Shown here piece after piece: positions 41,801-51,075 of a DNA stretch of 64,000 nucleotides. A model generated the notes under the pieces. It saw nothing but the letters and a program-made list of their open reading frames with translations. It had not been told where the DNA came from and searched no databases. Every line of letters begins with the position of its first letter. The first letter of the stretch is position 1. The stretch lies in the IMG/VR virus record IMGVR_UViG_3300032291_002419; one strand, 5' to 3'. The stretch is from an uncultured virus (IMG/VR IMGVR_UViG_3300032291_002419). Lineage: Duplodnaviria > Heunggongvirae > Uroviricota > Caudoviricetes. The translations under genes were made by a program, and so were the position numbers.

Positions 41801-42778
41801 ATAAATAGACCACATACATTTCCCATCAGAATTAGTGAAAATGTAGGGGATTTACAAAAGGAACTTATATCATTATATAAAAAGGCATTTAAAATGGTGC
41901 CAAATTCGCCGGCACAATTAAAGGTTAGAGCAGAGATTGATAAACGTACAAAACAAATTGATAAGTTAAAAAAAGAATCAATAAATGAGGCAATACATGA
42001 CCCCAAATCAATAAAAGCATATTATGAGGCATTATGTAAATCTTTAAAAATATCTCCGTTACCTGTAAAATTTGGCAATGTTGGTAAAGGCGGTGCAGCA
42101 TTAACTTATGATGTCAAATCAATGAAACCTCTTTACATTTCATTTGATGTAAATAGGATGAGTGACCCGGAATTTGCGATTATACATGAGCTAACGCATC
42201 AGATAAAATTAGAAACCGAAAAGGATGCGTATTCCGGAAAAAAAGACCAATCTGCGAAGTTTAAAAAATTAGAAAATACACTGATTGATAAATTTGTGTA
42301 TTCCGAATTTTCTAACATATTATGGAAATCTATAAATGAAAATAGAAATTTGGTATTAGAGGGCGGGGCATACGGACATATGCATCATCCGTTTGATACT
42401 GAAATCAATTTAACATTTGGTGATTTAAAGAATATTGTTAAAAACGCACTTGTTGGCGAATTGGGGATTACTCGAGAAAAGTGTATATCGGGCGATACTG
42501 TAATTCATACCGAAAAGAATGGTGATATGACTATTGCAGAATTTGTAGATAACAATGTAAATGATAAAGTATTATCATTTAATGAAGAAACCGGTCAAAA
42601 TGAATATATGGATGTTATGGCATCTTTTAATAATGATATTACCGATGAGTGGTTGGAAATTGAATTAGAGGATGGCAAAACCATACAAGTAACCCCCAAT
42701 CATAGAATGTATGTAGAGGGAATTGGATATGTTGAAGCAAAAGATTTAACGGAAGATATGGAATTAAAAATTGTTTAA
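38825..42778 (+). CDS. Multidomain polyprotein: HxGH nucleotidyltransferase, Gly/Ala hydrophobic region, two HExxH domains, N-part of ligase-like domain, split intein N-half
   Basis: GRFQPFHKGH...ISGTDVR; LAHELVH; IIHELTH; GGAYGHMHHPFD...TREK, then CISGDT...VTPNHRMY...EAKDL and stop. Confidence 0.85.
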   Translation: MIILNEINIEKMTKTVVIYSGRFQPFHKGHYAAYQKLVSKFGVNNVYIGTSNKTDSVKSPFNFNEKAKIITKMFDIPSNKIVQVSNPYAPKEVLSKFDKNTTAYIAAVGEKDADRLVGKYFKPYRGETTQGYDVAGYTYIIPPESNQISGTDVRNWLSSDNAEKLFLKVYPKFDKEIFKMITSKLIKEEFMKGYPSKSDVKRMQKKNDKIRSTSTTNGSYTYDPISEQILKTILEANNFIDAYFLEEEPNPIMDKEISYTAANGKKKKITVRGALRLPKEHEAHIQATKLVGVDGADDIQPKKQQTPNQPGQPVKKGDTAQGKVDAEPTGKSGQQPAGPPPEQKLKGSDLKSSAEDRVDKQNKSNDIKSALANEMKNLDKNEQEFLDKGEYRQGSKFMNSLKDGVEKASDTKVVKAIGHVLKHKSEMIEGAYDGVKALANGKKVGSVKNKETGEWDYSDEARKSQIHDMKHFALDVALLVGSVALGSGLAAGAKAIAGGAGVGATASAVGQGAVGAFTHGVGGFAVHLGKDAIKHVALESMGLGGAQAAAGGAGLAGVSMGLLEIRLLINEEMDNSKFIQNVVSKMAEKMKTFEMSDSQLLKSIKSYNKNKDFGDLVNEVSSVTASNTADVPDGSFLKKKKKRILDSEKSEDWYKNGGYTQTDFPMADSIFGDEDAEERTITYTIKNLPTLTYVETDFIKEDINVDINKGDTVLMGKFKNKKVDVKNIGKDQHGMPTINGKQATTFRTMSEMPMSTLRQIDAYADTQLSPTDVVITARHFFDRLNDPRNGKEISSAELTGYFKRLGRNKKKFMEFLTKYQQIVAKDSRTNINIPFMLQANKIIAKTVMRKDNFMSSNPTYQFENRNTPTVKKSKGRIIGEFIKFATERLELESLPNKIELINDENFPKTVKSFGGYNPETDNIFIYAGNNRNIVDILRTLAHELVHLKQRKDGRIGGIKDGDTGSDIENEANAAAGILLRDYGRRNTNIYESINRPHTFPIRISENVGDLQKELISLYKKAFKMVPNSPAQLKVRAEIDKRTKQIDKLKKESINEAIHDPKSIKAYYEALCKSLKISPLPVKFGNVGKGGAALTYDVKSMKPLYISFDVNRMSDPEFAIIHELTHQIKLETEKDAYSGKKDQSAKFKKLENTLIDKFVYSEFSNILWKSINENRNLVLEGGAYGHMHHPFDTEINLTFGDLKNIVKNALVGELGITREKCISGDTVIHTEKNGDMTIAEFVDNNVNDKVLSFNEETGQNEYMDVMASFNNDITDEWLEIELEDGKTIQVTPNHRMYVEGIGYVEAKDLTEDMELKIV
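42482..42775 (+). mobile_element. Split intein N-terminal half (IntN, 98 aa)
   Basis: Block A CISGDTVIHT (Cys1 = TGT at 42482), block B TIQVTPNHRMY (TxxH), YVEAKDL; ORF stops with no block F/G. Confidence 0.92.
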
Positions 42779-42833
42779 CAACCATCGGTTTTTTCACAAA
42801 ATTTATATTTATATGTAGATAAAAAATATAAAT

Positions 42834-43568
42834 ATGATTGAGAAGTGTAAATATTGTGAAAAAGAAATTGAAATTGTTGGGAAAAACAGTATGAATGGTC
42901 ATATAACAAATTGTAAAAAATATAAAGAGTGGAGAGATACTACTTTTAATTATGATTTTTTATATGAAGAATATGTGTTAAACGGTAAATCTGCTTTACA
43001 AATTGCAAATGAAAGCGGGTGGAGTTCATCTACTATAATAAATAAACAATTGAAAAGATTAAATATACCCGTTAGAAATGTTAAACAATCGCATTATATG
43101 GGTGGGTATAAAAATAGGATTGAAAAAACTAATTTAAAAAAGTATGGTGCGATAAATCCATTGAGTAAGGGAACTGTATCATATGAAAAACGAAATAAAA
43201 CTGTTAAAGAAAAATACGGAGTAGACAATGTATTTCAACATACGGATGTTAAAGAAAAGATACGAAATTCTGGAGCATTTAAATCTTTGTTTCCAAACTA
43301 TAATGTAAATGCTATACCAATTATAGAGGAGTATGGCAATCTACATGGATATAATTTTCAACATGCCGAAAATGGTGGTGAATATTATGTTGAGGGACTT
43401 GGGTATTATTTGGATGGATATGATTTAGAAAAAAATGTTGCTATTGAGATTGATGAATCTCACCATTTTAATAAAGATGGTTCGCTTAAAAAGAAAGATA
43501 TACTACGGCAGAGTAAAATAGAAGAGTTATTAAATTGTAAATTTATTAGAATAAAATATGAAAATTAA
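42834..43568 (+). CDS. Free-standing homing endonuclease (KYG..N repeats plus Vsr/PD-(D/E)XK-like nuclease)
   Basis: N-terminal CKYC...H...C; KKYGAINP and EKYGVDNVFQ repeats; YLDGYD...AIEIDESHH...RQ..IE...CKFIRI. Confidence 0.8.
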   Translation: MIEKCKYCEKEIEIVGKNSMNGHITNCKKYKEWRDTTFNYDFLYEEYVLNGKSALQIANESGWSSSTIINKQLKRLNIPVRNVKQSHYMGGYKNRIEKTNLKKYGAINPLSKGTVSYEKRNKTVKEKYGVDNVFQHTDVKEKIRNSGAFKSLFPNYNVNAIPIIEEYGNLHGYNFQHAENGGEYYVEGLGYYLDGYDLEKNVAIEIDESHHFNKDGSLKKKDILRQSKIEELLNCKFIRIKYEN

Positions 43569-43662
43569 ATCAATAAAAAAAATAAATAAAGAACAAATTA
43601 GATATGATTTGAAAGTGGATGGATTTTCTTGCTATTACGCGAATGATATATTGGTCCATAAC
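43558..43662 (+). mobile_element. Split intein C-terminal half (IntC, 35 aa)
   Basis: Basic N-terminus, block F YDLKV, block G ILVHN followed by Thr+1 (ACA at 43663). Confidence 0.93.
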
Positions 43663-44733
43663 ACAGATGGACAGGCTCTCGCCGTATCTTGGATAAACGG
43701 AAAATTGGTTGCGGCTCGTAACAAATCGCATTTAAAGAATAAAGGAGAAAATGCTATGGATATCGAACAAGTTGCGAGTAAGTTTGCAGGTAGGGGTGGA
43801 TTAACCGATGCATATAATTTTGCTATGCAAGATTTATCAAAAGCCATATCAGCATTATCAACCGCACAACGGAATAAAATATTCAAAGATGGGGCTTGCT
43901 TTATGAATTTGGAAGTAATATATCCAACATCTGTAAATGTAATCCCATATGGGCAACCATTATTGGTATTTCATGGAACAATGGAATATAATGAAAAAGG
44001 CGAAGCTGTTGGAGAAAATCGAGATTCAGCTAGAATGCTCGGTGGTATGCTTAAACAAATAAATCAAAATGTTCAATCGTATTACACTATACAAGGACCA
44101 CCGATAGTCAAATTGCCCAAAAATGAGGATTTAGTAAAACTACAACCCAAATATATGAGTATGATATCTAAACTCCAAAATGAATTTAAGTTATCCGATT
44201 CATCGGGAGTAGCAGATTATCATCAAGCTTGGTGGGAGGATTATGTAAACAAACATGCAGATAAATTAAATTCGGAAGAAAAGATTGGATTAATTAGGAG
44301 ATGGGCATTTGGAGATAAGAATTTTAGAATAGCGGCTATTTCCGATGAAAAATTAAGAAATTGGGCGAATTCAGTTGATAAAAATGACCAAGCAAAAATT
44401 GCAAAAGATAACATAATGAAGTTTGAAGAAATCTTCTTAGGAGTTGGTGCGGATGTTTTACAATTTATGGAATCCGTTCTAACTGTCAGTCCAGCGGAAG
44501 CTAATAAGCAAATAATATCACGTATAAAAAGTACGATAGACACCGTTAAAAGTAAAGGAACTCCTCAACAAATTGAAAAACTTAAATTGGAATTAAAACG
44601 AATACAATCGATTGGTGGATTTGAAAATTTAGTTCCAATTGAAGGTATTGTCTTTGTTTACAATGGCACAGTTTTGAAACTAACAGGAAAATTTGCGAGT
44701 ATTAACCAACTTTTAGGTATTTTTTACGAATAA
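43558..44733 (+). CDS. Split intein C-half fused to the C-part of a ligase-like covalent nucleotidyltransferase
   Basis: MKIKSIKKI...RYDLKVDGFSCYYANDILVHN|TDG; later ARNKS, NLEVIY, VFHG, EGIVF and LKLTG. Confidence 0.88.
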   Translation: MKIKSIKKINKEQIRYDLKVDGFSCYYANDILVHNTDGQALAVSWINGKLVAARNKSHLKNKGENAMDIEQVASKFAGRGGLTDAYNFAMQDLSKAISALSTAQRNKIFKDGACFMNLEVIYPTSVNVIPYGQPLLVFHGTMEYNEKGEAVGENRDSARMLGGMLKQINQNVQSYYTIQGPPIVKLPKNEDLVKLQPKYMSMISKLQNEFKLSDSSGVADYHQAWWEDYVNKHADKLNSEEKIGLIRRWAFGDKNFRIAAISDEKLRNWANSVDKNDQAKIAKDNIMKFEEIFLGVGADVLQFMESVLTVSPAEANKQIISRIKSTIDTVKSKGTPQQIEKLKLELKRIQSIGGFENLVPIEGIVFVYNGTVLKLTGKFASINQLLGIFYE

Positions 44734-44769
44734 TTTTGATATATATAACTAAATTAAATATGTTATAAT

Positions 44770-45435
44770 ATGGCAAAGAGAAAAAGTTTTGAAGAAAAAA
44801 ACAAACATATTCACAAATCACGTAAACTAATTATAGATACGGTATTTGGTAGAACCGATGATAATCAATCTACGTTTGGATATGAAAAAGAAGTAGACCG
44901 GAAACGAGAAGTTGGCGAAATTTGGACAGATGGCGATGGCAAAGAGTGGGAGCAGAAAGATGGATACAAAATATCAGTATCACAATTAGATGATGTTAGG
45001 AATTATTTGCAAAAATTAAATAATTGCCAATCAGAGGGATGCAAAACTATAAAATATAGCAATGCGGATAAAAAATTAATTAGAAAAACGGGACTATGTG
45101 CCACTTGTTTAGCAAAGATGGAAACCTATTTAAAAGAAGATGGAACGTATCCATATTATGAGGATTATAAGATAACAAATAATCAACTTGCATACGTTAG
45201 AGATTTAAAAGCACAGTTCGAAGAAGGATTGCGTGGAGTAAGTGATACATTGGAATTTGTCAATGAAGATGGGACAATTCAAAAATGGCATTACGATATT
45301 GATGTTGAAAAAGTAAAAGAAGATTTACAAACCGATATAAATGGAGCATCCGAAGCAATTGAGGCTTTATTAGAGAGGAAAGTTGCATTGGAAGATAAGT
45401 TACGTGAACTCAATCACCCAGAACTTATAAAATAA
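44770..45435 (+). CDS. Conserved-looking hypothetical protein (CxxC, helical)
   Basis: 221-aa ORF, REVGEIWTD..GKEWEQKDG, CATC. Confidence 0.7.
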   Translation: MAKRKSFEEKNKHIHKSRKLIIDTVFGRTDDNQSTFGYEKEVDRKREVGEIWTDGDGKEWEQKDGYKISVSQLDDVRNYLQKLNNCQSEGCKTIKYSNADKKLIRKTGLCATCLAKMETYLKEDGTYPYYEDYKITNNQLAYVRDLKAQFEEGLRGVSDTLEFVNEDGTIQKWHYDIDVEKVKEDLQTDINGASEAIEALLERKVALEDKLRELNHPELIK

Positions 45436-45443
45436 TAAAACTT

Positions 45444-46094
45444 ATGAAAAAATTTTTGAATTTTAAAAATATTGCAATTGTAGTATTGATTATATATTGT
45501 CTATTACAATGGTTTAATCCGATTGGTATTATGCCAGGTGGAAGAACCATTAGAATAGAGGGTAAATCATACGAAGTTATCAAACATGAAATTGATACAA
45601 TAGATGTAGTTAAAACCAAAGTTATAACAAAACGAGGTGAAGATATATATCACGAAGTAATTGTTGAAAAGGAAATACATATACCTACAATTATTGATAC
45701 AGCTGCATTATTAAAAGATTATTATTCAAAAATATTATATAAGGATGTATTAATATTGCCCGATTCATTAGGAACGGTGTCGATAACTGATACTATTTCG
45801 CAAAATAAAATATTCGGTAGAACTTTCAATGCAAGTGTTAAGCAACGAATTGTTAAAGAAACTACTATTGTTAAAGAGCTACCCAAAACTAAACTATTTT
45901 ATGGATTAGAGGGTGGATTTAACAAAGCAGATTTTGTTAGTTCAATAGGAGCTGGAATTTTGATTAATACCAAAAAAGACAAAATATATAATTTAGGAAT
46001 CGGTATTAATAATCAAACAACCGATGGAACAACAGGTACATTTTCACCATATATTAAAGGTGGAGCCTATTGGAAAATTAGAAATAAAAGATAA
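45444..46094 (+). CDS. Membrane-anchored protein with amphipathic beta-strand C-terminus (possible lysis/spanin-like)
   Basis: N-terminal TM/signal, beta-rich stalk, alternating Gly/hydrophobic strands ending GGAYWKI. Confidence 0.5.
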   Translation: MKKFLNFKNIAIVVLIIYCLLQWFNPIGIMPGGRTIRIEGKSYEVIKHEIDTIDVVKTKVITKRGEDIYHEVIVEKEIHIPTIIDTAALLKDYYSKILYKDVLILPDSLGTVSITDTISQNKIFGRTFNASVKQRIVKETTIVKELPKTKLFYGLEGGFNKADFVSSIGAGILINTKKDKIYNLGIGINNQTTDGTTGTFSPYIKGGAYWKIRNKR

Positions 46095-47707
46095 TGAGTA
46101 ATACGGTTCAAAAGAATACTAGGAATTTAAAACAAATTATTGCCGATGAGTATAAAAAATGTGCGTTAGACCCGATACACTTTATGAAAAAGTATTGCGT
46201 TATACAGCACCCGACTCGTGGTAAAATACCATTTCATTTATATACATTCCAAGAAGATTGCTTAACCGATTTTAAAGAAAACCGATTTAATATTATATTA
46301 AAATCTCGTCAATTAGGATTATCAACATTATCGGCGGGGTTTATACTTTGGAAAATGATATTTAATCAGGACTTCAATGCATTGGTTATTGCAACAAAAG
46401 TAACAGTAGCTAAAAACCTCGTAGAAAAGGTTAGGGTTATGCACGATTTACTTCCAATATGGCTAAGAGATGGTTCATCTGCCGCAGTGGAAGATAACAA
46501 ATTATCACTTAAATTAAAAAATGGTTCTCAAGTAAAAGCAATCGCATCTTCTCCAGATGCAGGTCGTTCGGAAGCACTATCCCTATTAGTAGTCGATGAA
46601 GCGGCATTCATTAGGGATATAGATGATATATGGCTATCCGCTCAATCAACTCTATCAACCGGTGGTAGTGCTATTATTCTTTCTACACCAAATGGTGTGG
46701 GTAACTTTTTCCATAAAACTTGGGTAGCAGGCGAATCCGGTCAAAACGGATTTAATTGTATCAATCTGCATTGGACAGTTCACCCAGAAAGAAATCAGGC
46801 TTGGAGAGATGAGCAGACTCGTATTTTAGGGGCAAAAGGAGCTTCGCAGGAATGCGACTGCGATTTTGTCGGTTCTGGTGATACGGTAATTGAACCGGAT
46901 TTATTAACTTGGTATAAAGATACCTATGTGATGGAGCCGGCTGAAAAGCGAGGATTTGATGGTAATTTGTGGGTGTGGGAACATCCTAACTACAATAGGC
47001 AGTATATGGTCGTAGCCGATGTTGCGCGTGGAGATGGTGCCGACTTTTCAACTGCGCAGATTATTGATATTGAGGATTGTTCACAGGTAGCGGAATATAA
47101 AGGAAAAATTGATACAAAAGATTTTGGCAATTTTCTAACCGCATTGGCAACCGAATATAATAATGCACTATTAGTTGTAGAAAACTCTAATGTTGGATGG
47201 GCATGTATTCAGCAAATTATAGATAGAAATTATTCAAACTTATTCTATATGAGTAACGATTTGAAATATATTGATGTTGAAAAGCAAATAAGCAATAAAT
47301 TTTATAGAGACGAGAGACAGATGGTTGCAGGATTTTCTACTACATCCAAAACCCGTCCTCTTATCATTTCAGCATTGGATACATACATGAATGATAAAGA
47401 TATATTAATTCGTTCACAACGCTTAATTGACGAGTTATTTACGTTTATATGGTATAACGGTAGGGCGGAAGCTATGAAAGGGTATAATGACGATTTAACG
47501 ATGGCATTAGCAATTGGATTATGGGTTCGTAATACCGCATTAAGATTGAGACAAGAGGGAATTGATTTAACAAAGAGTATGTTGAACTCCACAACTATAC
47601 AAAATAACACTAATGTTTATTCAACCAATTGGCAATCACACCGTAATCCATATGAAATGGAAGTGGGTAAAGGTCAGGTTGAAAATTTAAGTTGGTTACT
47701 TCGATAA
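46094..47707 (+). CDS. terL: Terminase large subunit (gp17-like)
   Basis: KSRQLGLST Walker A, LLVVDEAAFI Walker B, STPNG, nuclease VADVARGDGADFS and NDDLTMA. Confidence 0.96.
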   Translation: MSNTVQKNTRNLKQIIADEYKKCALDPIHFMKKYCVIQHPTRGKIPFHLYTFQEDCLTDFKENRFNIILKSRQLGLSTLSAGFILWKMIFNQDFNALVIATKVTVAKNLVEKVRVMHDLLPIWLRDGSSAAVEDNKLSLKLKNGSQVKAIASSPDAGRSEALSLLVVDEAAFIRDIDDIWLSAQSTLSTGGSAIILSTPNGVGNFFHKTWVAGESGQNGFNCINLHWTVHPERNQAWRDEQTRILGAKGASQECDCDFVGSGDTVIEPDLLTWYKDTYVMEPAEKRGFDGNLWVWEHPNYNRQYMVVADVARGDGADFSTAQIIDIEDCSQVAEYKGKIDTKDFGNFLTALATEYNNALLVVENSNVGWACIQQIIDRNYSNLFYMSNDLKYIDVEKQISNKFYRDERQMVAGFSTTSKTRPLIISALDTYMNDKDILIRSQRLIDELFTFIWYNGRAEAMKGYNDDLTMALAIGLWVRNTALRLRQEGIDLTKSMLNSTTIQNNTNVYSTNWQSHRNPYEMEVGKGQVENLSWLLR

Positions 47708-47740
47708 TTTTTATATATTTATATATTGAAACTCTTATAG

Positions 47741-48661
47741 ATGAACGAAGATTTAGATAAATGGTTTAAAGAAAAGTGGGTAAACATCGGCAAAAAAGTC
47801 GATGGCAAACACCCACCATGCGGAACTTCGGGAGAAAAAAAAGGTTATGCCAAATGTGTTCCTGCTGCAAAAGCCGCTGGAATGAGTAAAAAAGAAAAAG
47901 AAAGTGCAACTCGCAGAAAAAGAGCTGCACAAAATGATGCAGGAAGAGGTGGTAAAGATAGTAAAGGACAAGGTAAGACCCCAATATATGTTTCTACAAA
48001 ACCAAAAAATGAAACCATGAACATAGAAGAAAAAATAAATTTATTTTTAGAAAAAAATTGCCCAACTGACCCGGCAAAGTGGTCCGCATCTAAATCAGCA
48101 GCTAAATCTAAATTTGATGTATATCCATCGGCCTACGCAAATGGATGGGCAGCAAAAAACTATAAAGGCAAAGGCGGTGGATGGAAACAGTGCAATGAGG
48201 GAGAAGCTAACGCATTATGTGAAGATTGTTGGGATGGGTATAAGCAAATTGGGAGTAAAATGAAAAATGGTAAAATGGTCCCAAATTGTGTTCCAATAAA
48301 TGAAGAAGTTGATACGGATTATGATGAATTGGATGTGGAGCCGGAAGAAATTGAAGATTTTATTCAATTTTTAAAAGCCTATAAGAATACTTTAGCCGAA
48401 GCAAATTGCAATTGCGTGTATGAAGCAGAATATCAAGGTAGAGAAGTGAAATTAGGCAAACCAATGCAGGGTGATGTTAAGAAGTTCAAAGTATATGTAA
48501 AAAATCCAGCAGGAAATGTTGTTAAAGTAAACTTTGGACAAAAGGGAATGAAAATTAGAAAATCAAATCCTGCTGCTAGAAAATCATTTAGAGCACGAAT
48601 GAATTGCGATAATCCAGGCCCAAGACATAAAGCAAATTATTGGTCGTGTAGAGCTTGGTAA
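47741..48661 (+). CDS. Modular basic internal-head-type protein
   Basis: Small modules (WFKEKWV; YPSAYANGW; CWDGYKQ...VPNCVP; VKVNFG...KANYWSCRAW) separated by x-x-E linkers. Confidence 0.6.
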   Translation: MNEDLDKWFKEKWVNIGKKVDGKHPPCGTSGEKKGYAKCVPAAKAAGMSKKEKESATRRKRAAQNDAGRGGKDSKGQGKTPIYVSTKPKNETMNIEEKINLFLEKNCPTDPAKWSASKSAAKSKFDVYPSAYANGWAAKNYKGKGGGWKQCNEGEANALCEDCWDGYKQIGSKMKNGKMVPNCVPINEEVDTDYDELDVEPEEIEDFIQFLKAYKNTLAEANCNCVYEAEYQGREVKLGKPMQGDVKKFKVYVKNPAGNVVKVNFGQKGMKIRKSNPAARKSFRARMNCDNPGPRHKANYWSCRAW

Positions 48662-48665
48662 AACT

Positions 48666-49277
48666 ATGAATCATATTATATACAAAATAACCAATAGTTT
48701 AAATGGGAAATATTATATAGGTAGGCATTCTACTGATAATATCGATGATGGGTATATGGGAAGTGGTATTGGTATATTAAATGCAATTAAAAAATATGGA
48801 AAAGAAAATTTTAAAAAAGAAATAATTGCAAAAGTCGATACACCGAATGAATTATGGGAATTAGAATTAAAATATGTGAATATTGATGTTGTCAACGATA
48901 AAAATTCATATAATATGTGCCTTGGTGGAAAACATTATCTATATGGATTACAAAAGACCGATATTAAAAAATTTATAAAACATCAATCGGATGCAGGTAA
49001 AATCGGAGGAATTTCTTGTTACCAAAATTTAAATGATAAAAAGGAATGGCATCGTAAAGGAGGGTCAGTATCATCGAGAAAAAGAGCATCTTTATATATT
49101 TATGAGATATTAGAACCAAATGGAAATATACATATTGTAAATGGATTGGAGTTCAGACAAATATGTAAGGATAAAAATTGGAATTATAGTACATTGCATT
49201 GGAAAACAAGTATGGGTAAATATATATCAAGAGGCGCACATAAAGGTTTTAAAGTTTCCCAACTTAAAACTATCTAA
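48666..49277 (+). CDS. GIY-YIG homing endonuclease (Seg-like)
   Basis: IIYKITNSLNGKYYIGRHST, YMGSG, KYGKENFKKEII, SYNMCLGG. Confidence 0.92.
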   Translation: MNHIIYKITNSLNGKYYIGRHSTDNIDDGYMGSGIGILNAIKKYGKENFKKEIIAKVDTPNELWELELKYVNIDVVNDKNSYNMCLGGKHYLYGLQKTDIKKFIKHQSDAGKIGGISCYQNLNDKKEWHRKGGSVSSRKRASLYIYEILEPNGNIHIVNGLEFRQICKDKNWNYSTLHWKTSMGKYISRGAHKGFKVSQLKTI

Positions 49278-49305
49278 ATAATATAGATTAAAATAAAAAC
49301 AACAA

Positions 49306-51030
49306 ATGGCAGATAAATCATTCTTTGGTAGGTTAGAGAAACTATTTTCAACAAACACAATTGTCCGCAAAACATCAAAGGGCATACGAGTAATAGATAC
49401 GGATGAATATCAATCCATGTCAACTAATTTGATAGATAGATATACTCGTATGAGGACTCCGCAGTATAGTGGAGGACTGATAGAATCTGCAATGGCATAT
49501 CAGCAAGTTCGTATAGATTTATTCAGAGATTATGATGGTATGGATAATGACCCTATCATCGCATCTGCATTAGATATATACGCAGATGAATCAACTGTTA
49601 AAAATGAATTAGGCGATATACTAAAGATTAATTGTGCAAATGAAAATACAAAAGAAATTCTTAGAAATCTTTTTTATGATATATTAAATATAGAATTCAA
49701 TCTTTGGCCTTGGACTAGAAATTTGGCAAAATACGGAGATTTCTTTTTGCAATTAGAAATAGCTCCAGAATTGGGGATTGTAAACGTATTACCACTATCT
49801 GTATATGAAACCTCTAGAGTAGAAGGATTTGACCTGCAAAATCCACAAAAAGTAAAATTTGTATATTCTCCTTTTCAAAATCCAAATAATTCACTATCAA
49901 ACGCATCTGCGAAGCGTGAATATGATAATTATGAAATAGCACATTTCAGGTTATATTCGGATGCAAACTTTTTACCATACGGAAAATCTATGATTGAGGG
50001 TGGTAGACGTGTTTGGAAACAATTGACTCTTATGGAAGATGCTATGCTAATCCACCGTATCATGCGAGCTCCGGAGAAACGAATCTTCAAAGTAGATGTT
50101 GGAAATATACCACCAACCGAAGTTGATAATTATATGCAAAAAATTATTAATTCATCTAAAAAAGTTCCATTTTTAGACCCAAGTACAGGTGAATATAATT
50201 TAAAGTATAACGTTCAAAACTTAATTGAAGATTATTATATGCCAGTTCGTGGTAATGATAATGGAACATCAATTGATACGTTGAAGGGATTGGAGTATAA
50301 TATGATTGACGACATCAATTACCTAAAAGGTAAAATGATGGCTGCATTGAAAATTCCAAAAATATATTTAGGATATGAAGAAGATGTTAGTGGTAAAGCT
50401 ACATTGGCTGGACAGGATATTCGTTTTGCAAAAACAATCGAACGAGTTCAGAGGGTATTAGTATCGGAGTTGACTAAAATCGCAATAGTTCACTTATATT
50501 CGCAGGGATTCGATAAAGCAGATGATTTAGATTTCTCATTAGAACTCACTACACCATCTAAAATATATGAGCAAGAGAAAGTTGAATTATATACATCAAA
50601 GATTTCATTAATCCAACAAATGCAGCAAACTAAAATGTTTTCTAAAAAATGGATGTATGATGCTATAATGCAAATGTCTCCAGAAGAGCAAGATGAGTTA
50701 ACCGTGGATGTTATAGATGATACTAAACAAGCATTTAGATTATCATCAATTGAAACGCAAGGGGTAGACCCGGCGAAAGAGACTGGAACGGATGAGACTA
50801 CTAATGTAGAAGAAGAATTACAACGTATAAAAACTGAATTATCTGAAAAAGATACAGTTGGTAGACCTAAAGACCCTGTTAGATACGGAAAAGATGACCA
50901 TCATTTGGGTAGAGACCCATTTGGCATTAAAAGTATAAAACAAAGAGCTACACGCGAATATACCGAAATATTTAAAGATATGTTGGGTAATAAACGAAAT
51001 ATTTTAATAGAAGATTTGGATAGAATGTAA
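49306..51030 (+). CDS. Portal protein (gp20-like)
   Basis: QLTLMEDAMLIHRIMRAPEKRIFKVDVGNIP, EDYYMPVRG, GTSIDTLKG, ALKIPK. Confidence 0.95.
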   Translation: MADKSFFGRLEKLFSTNTIVRKTSKGIRVIDTDEYQSMSTNLIDRYTRMRTPQYSGGLIESAMAYQQVRIDLFRDYDGMDNDPIIASALDIYADESTVKNELGDILKINCANENTKEILRNLFYDILNIEFNLWPWTRNLAKYGDFFLQLEIAPELGIVNVLPLSVYETSRVEGFDLQNPQKVKFVYSPFQNPNNSLSNASAKREYDNYEIAHFRLYSDANFLPYGKSMIEGGRRVWKQLTLMEDAMLIHRIMRAPEKRIFKVDVGNIPPTEVDNYMQKIINSSKKVPFLDPSTGEYNLKYNVQNLIEDYYMPVRGNDNGTSIDTLKGLEYNMIDDINYLKGKMMAALKIPKIYLGYEEDVSGKATLAGQDIRFAKTIERVQRVLVSELTKIAIVHLYSQGFDKADDLDFSLELTTPSKIYEQEKVELYTSKISLIQQMQQTKMFSKKWMYDAIMQMSPEEQDELTVDVIDDTKQAFRLSSIETQGVDPAKETGTDETTNVEEELQRIKTELSEKDTVGRPKDPVRYGKDDHHLGRDPFGIKSIKQRATREYTEIFKDMLGNKRNILIEDLDRM

Positions 51031-51075
51031 TAATCCATAATAAAAATATATTTATATCAGAGAAACGCATAATTA

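Noticed and set aside
42779..43557. Group I intron joining the intein halves at RNA level
   Set aside because: Only 55 nt of AT-rich non-coding sequence before the endonuclease and none after it, so no room for a ribozyme core; IntC has its own ATG.
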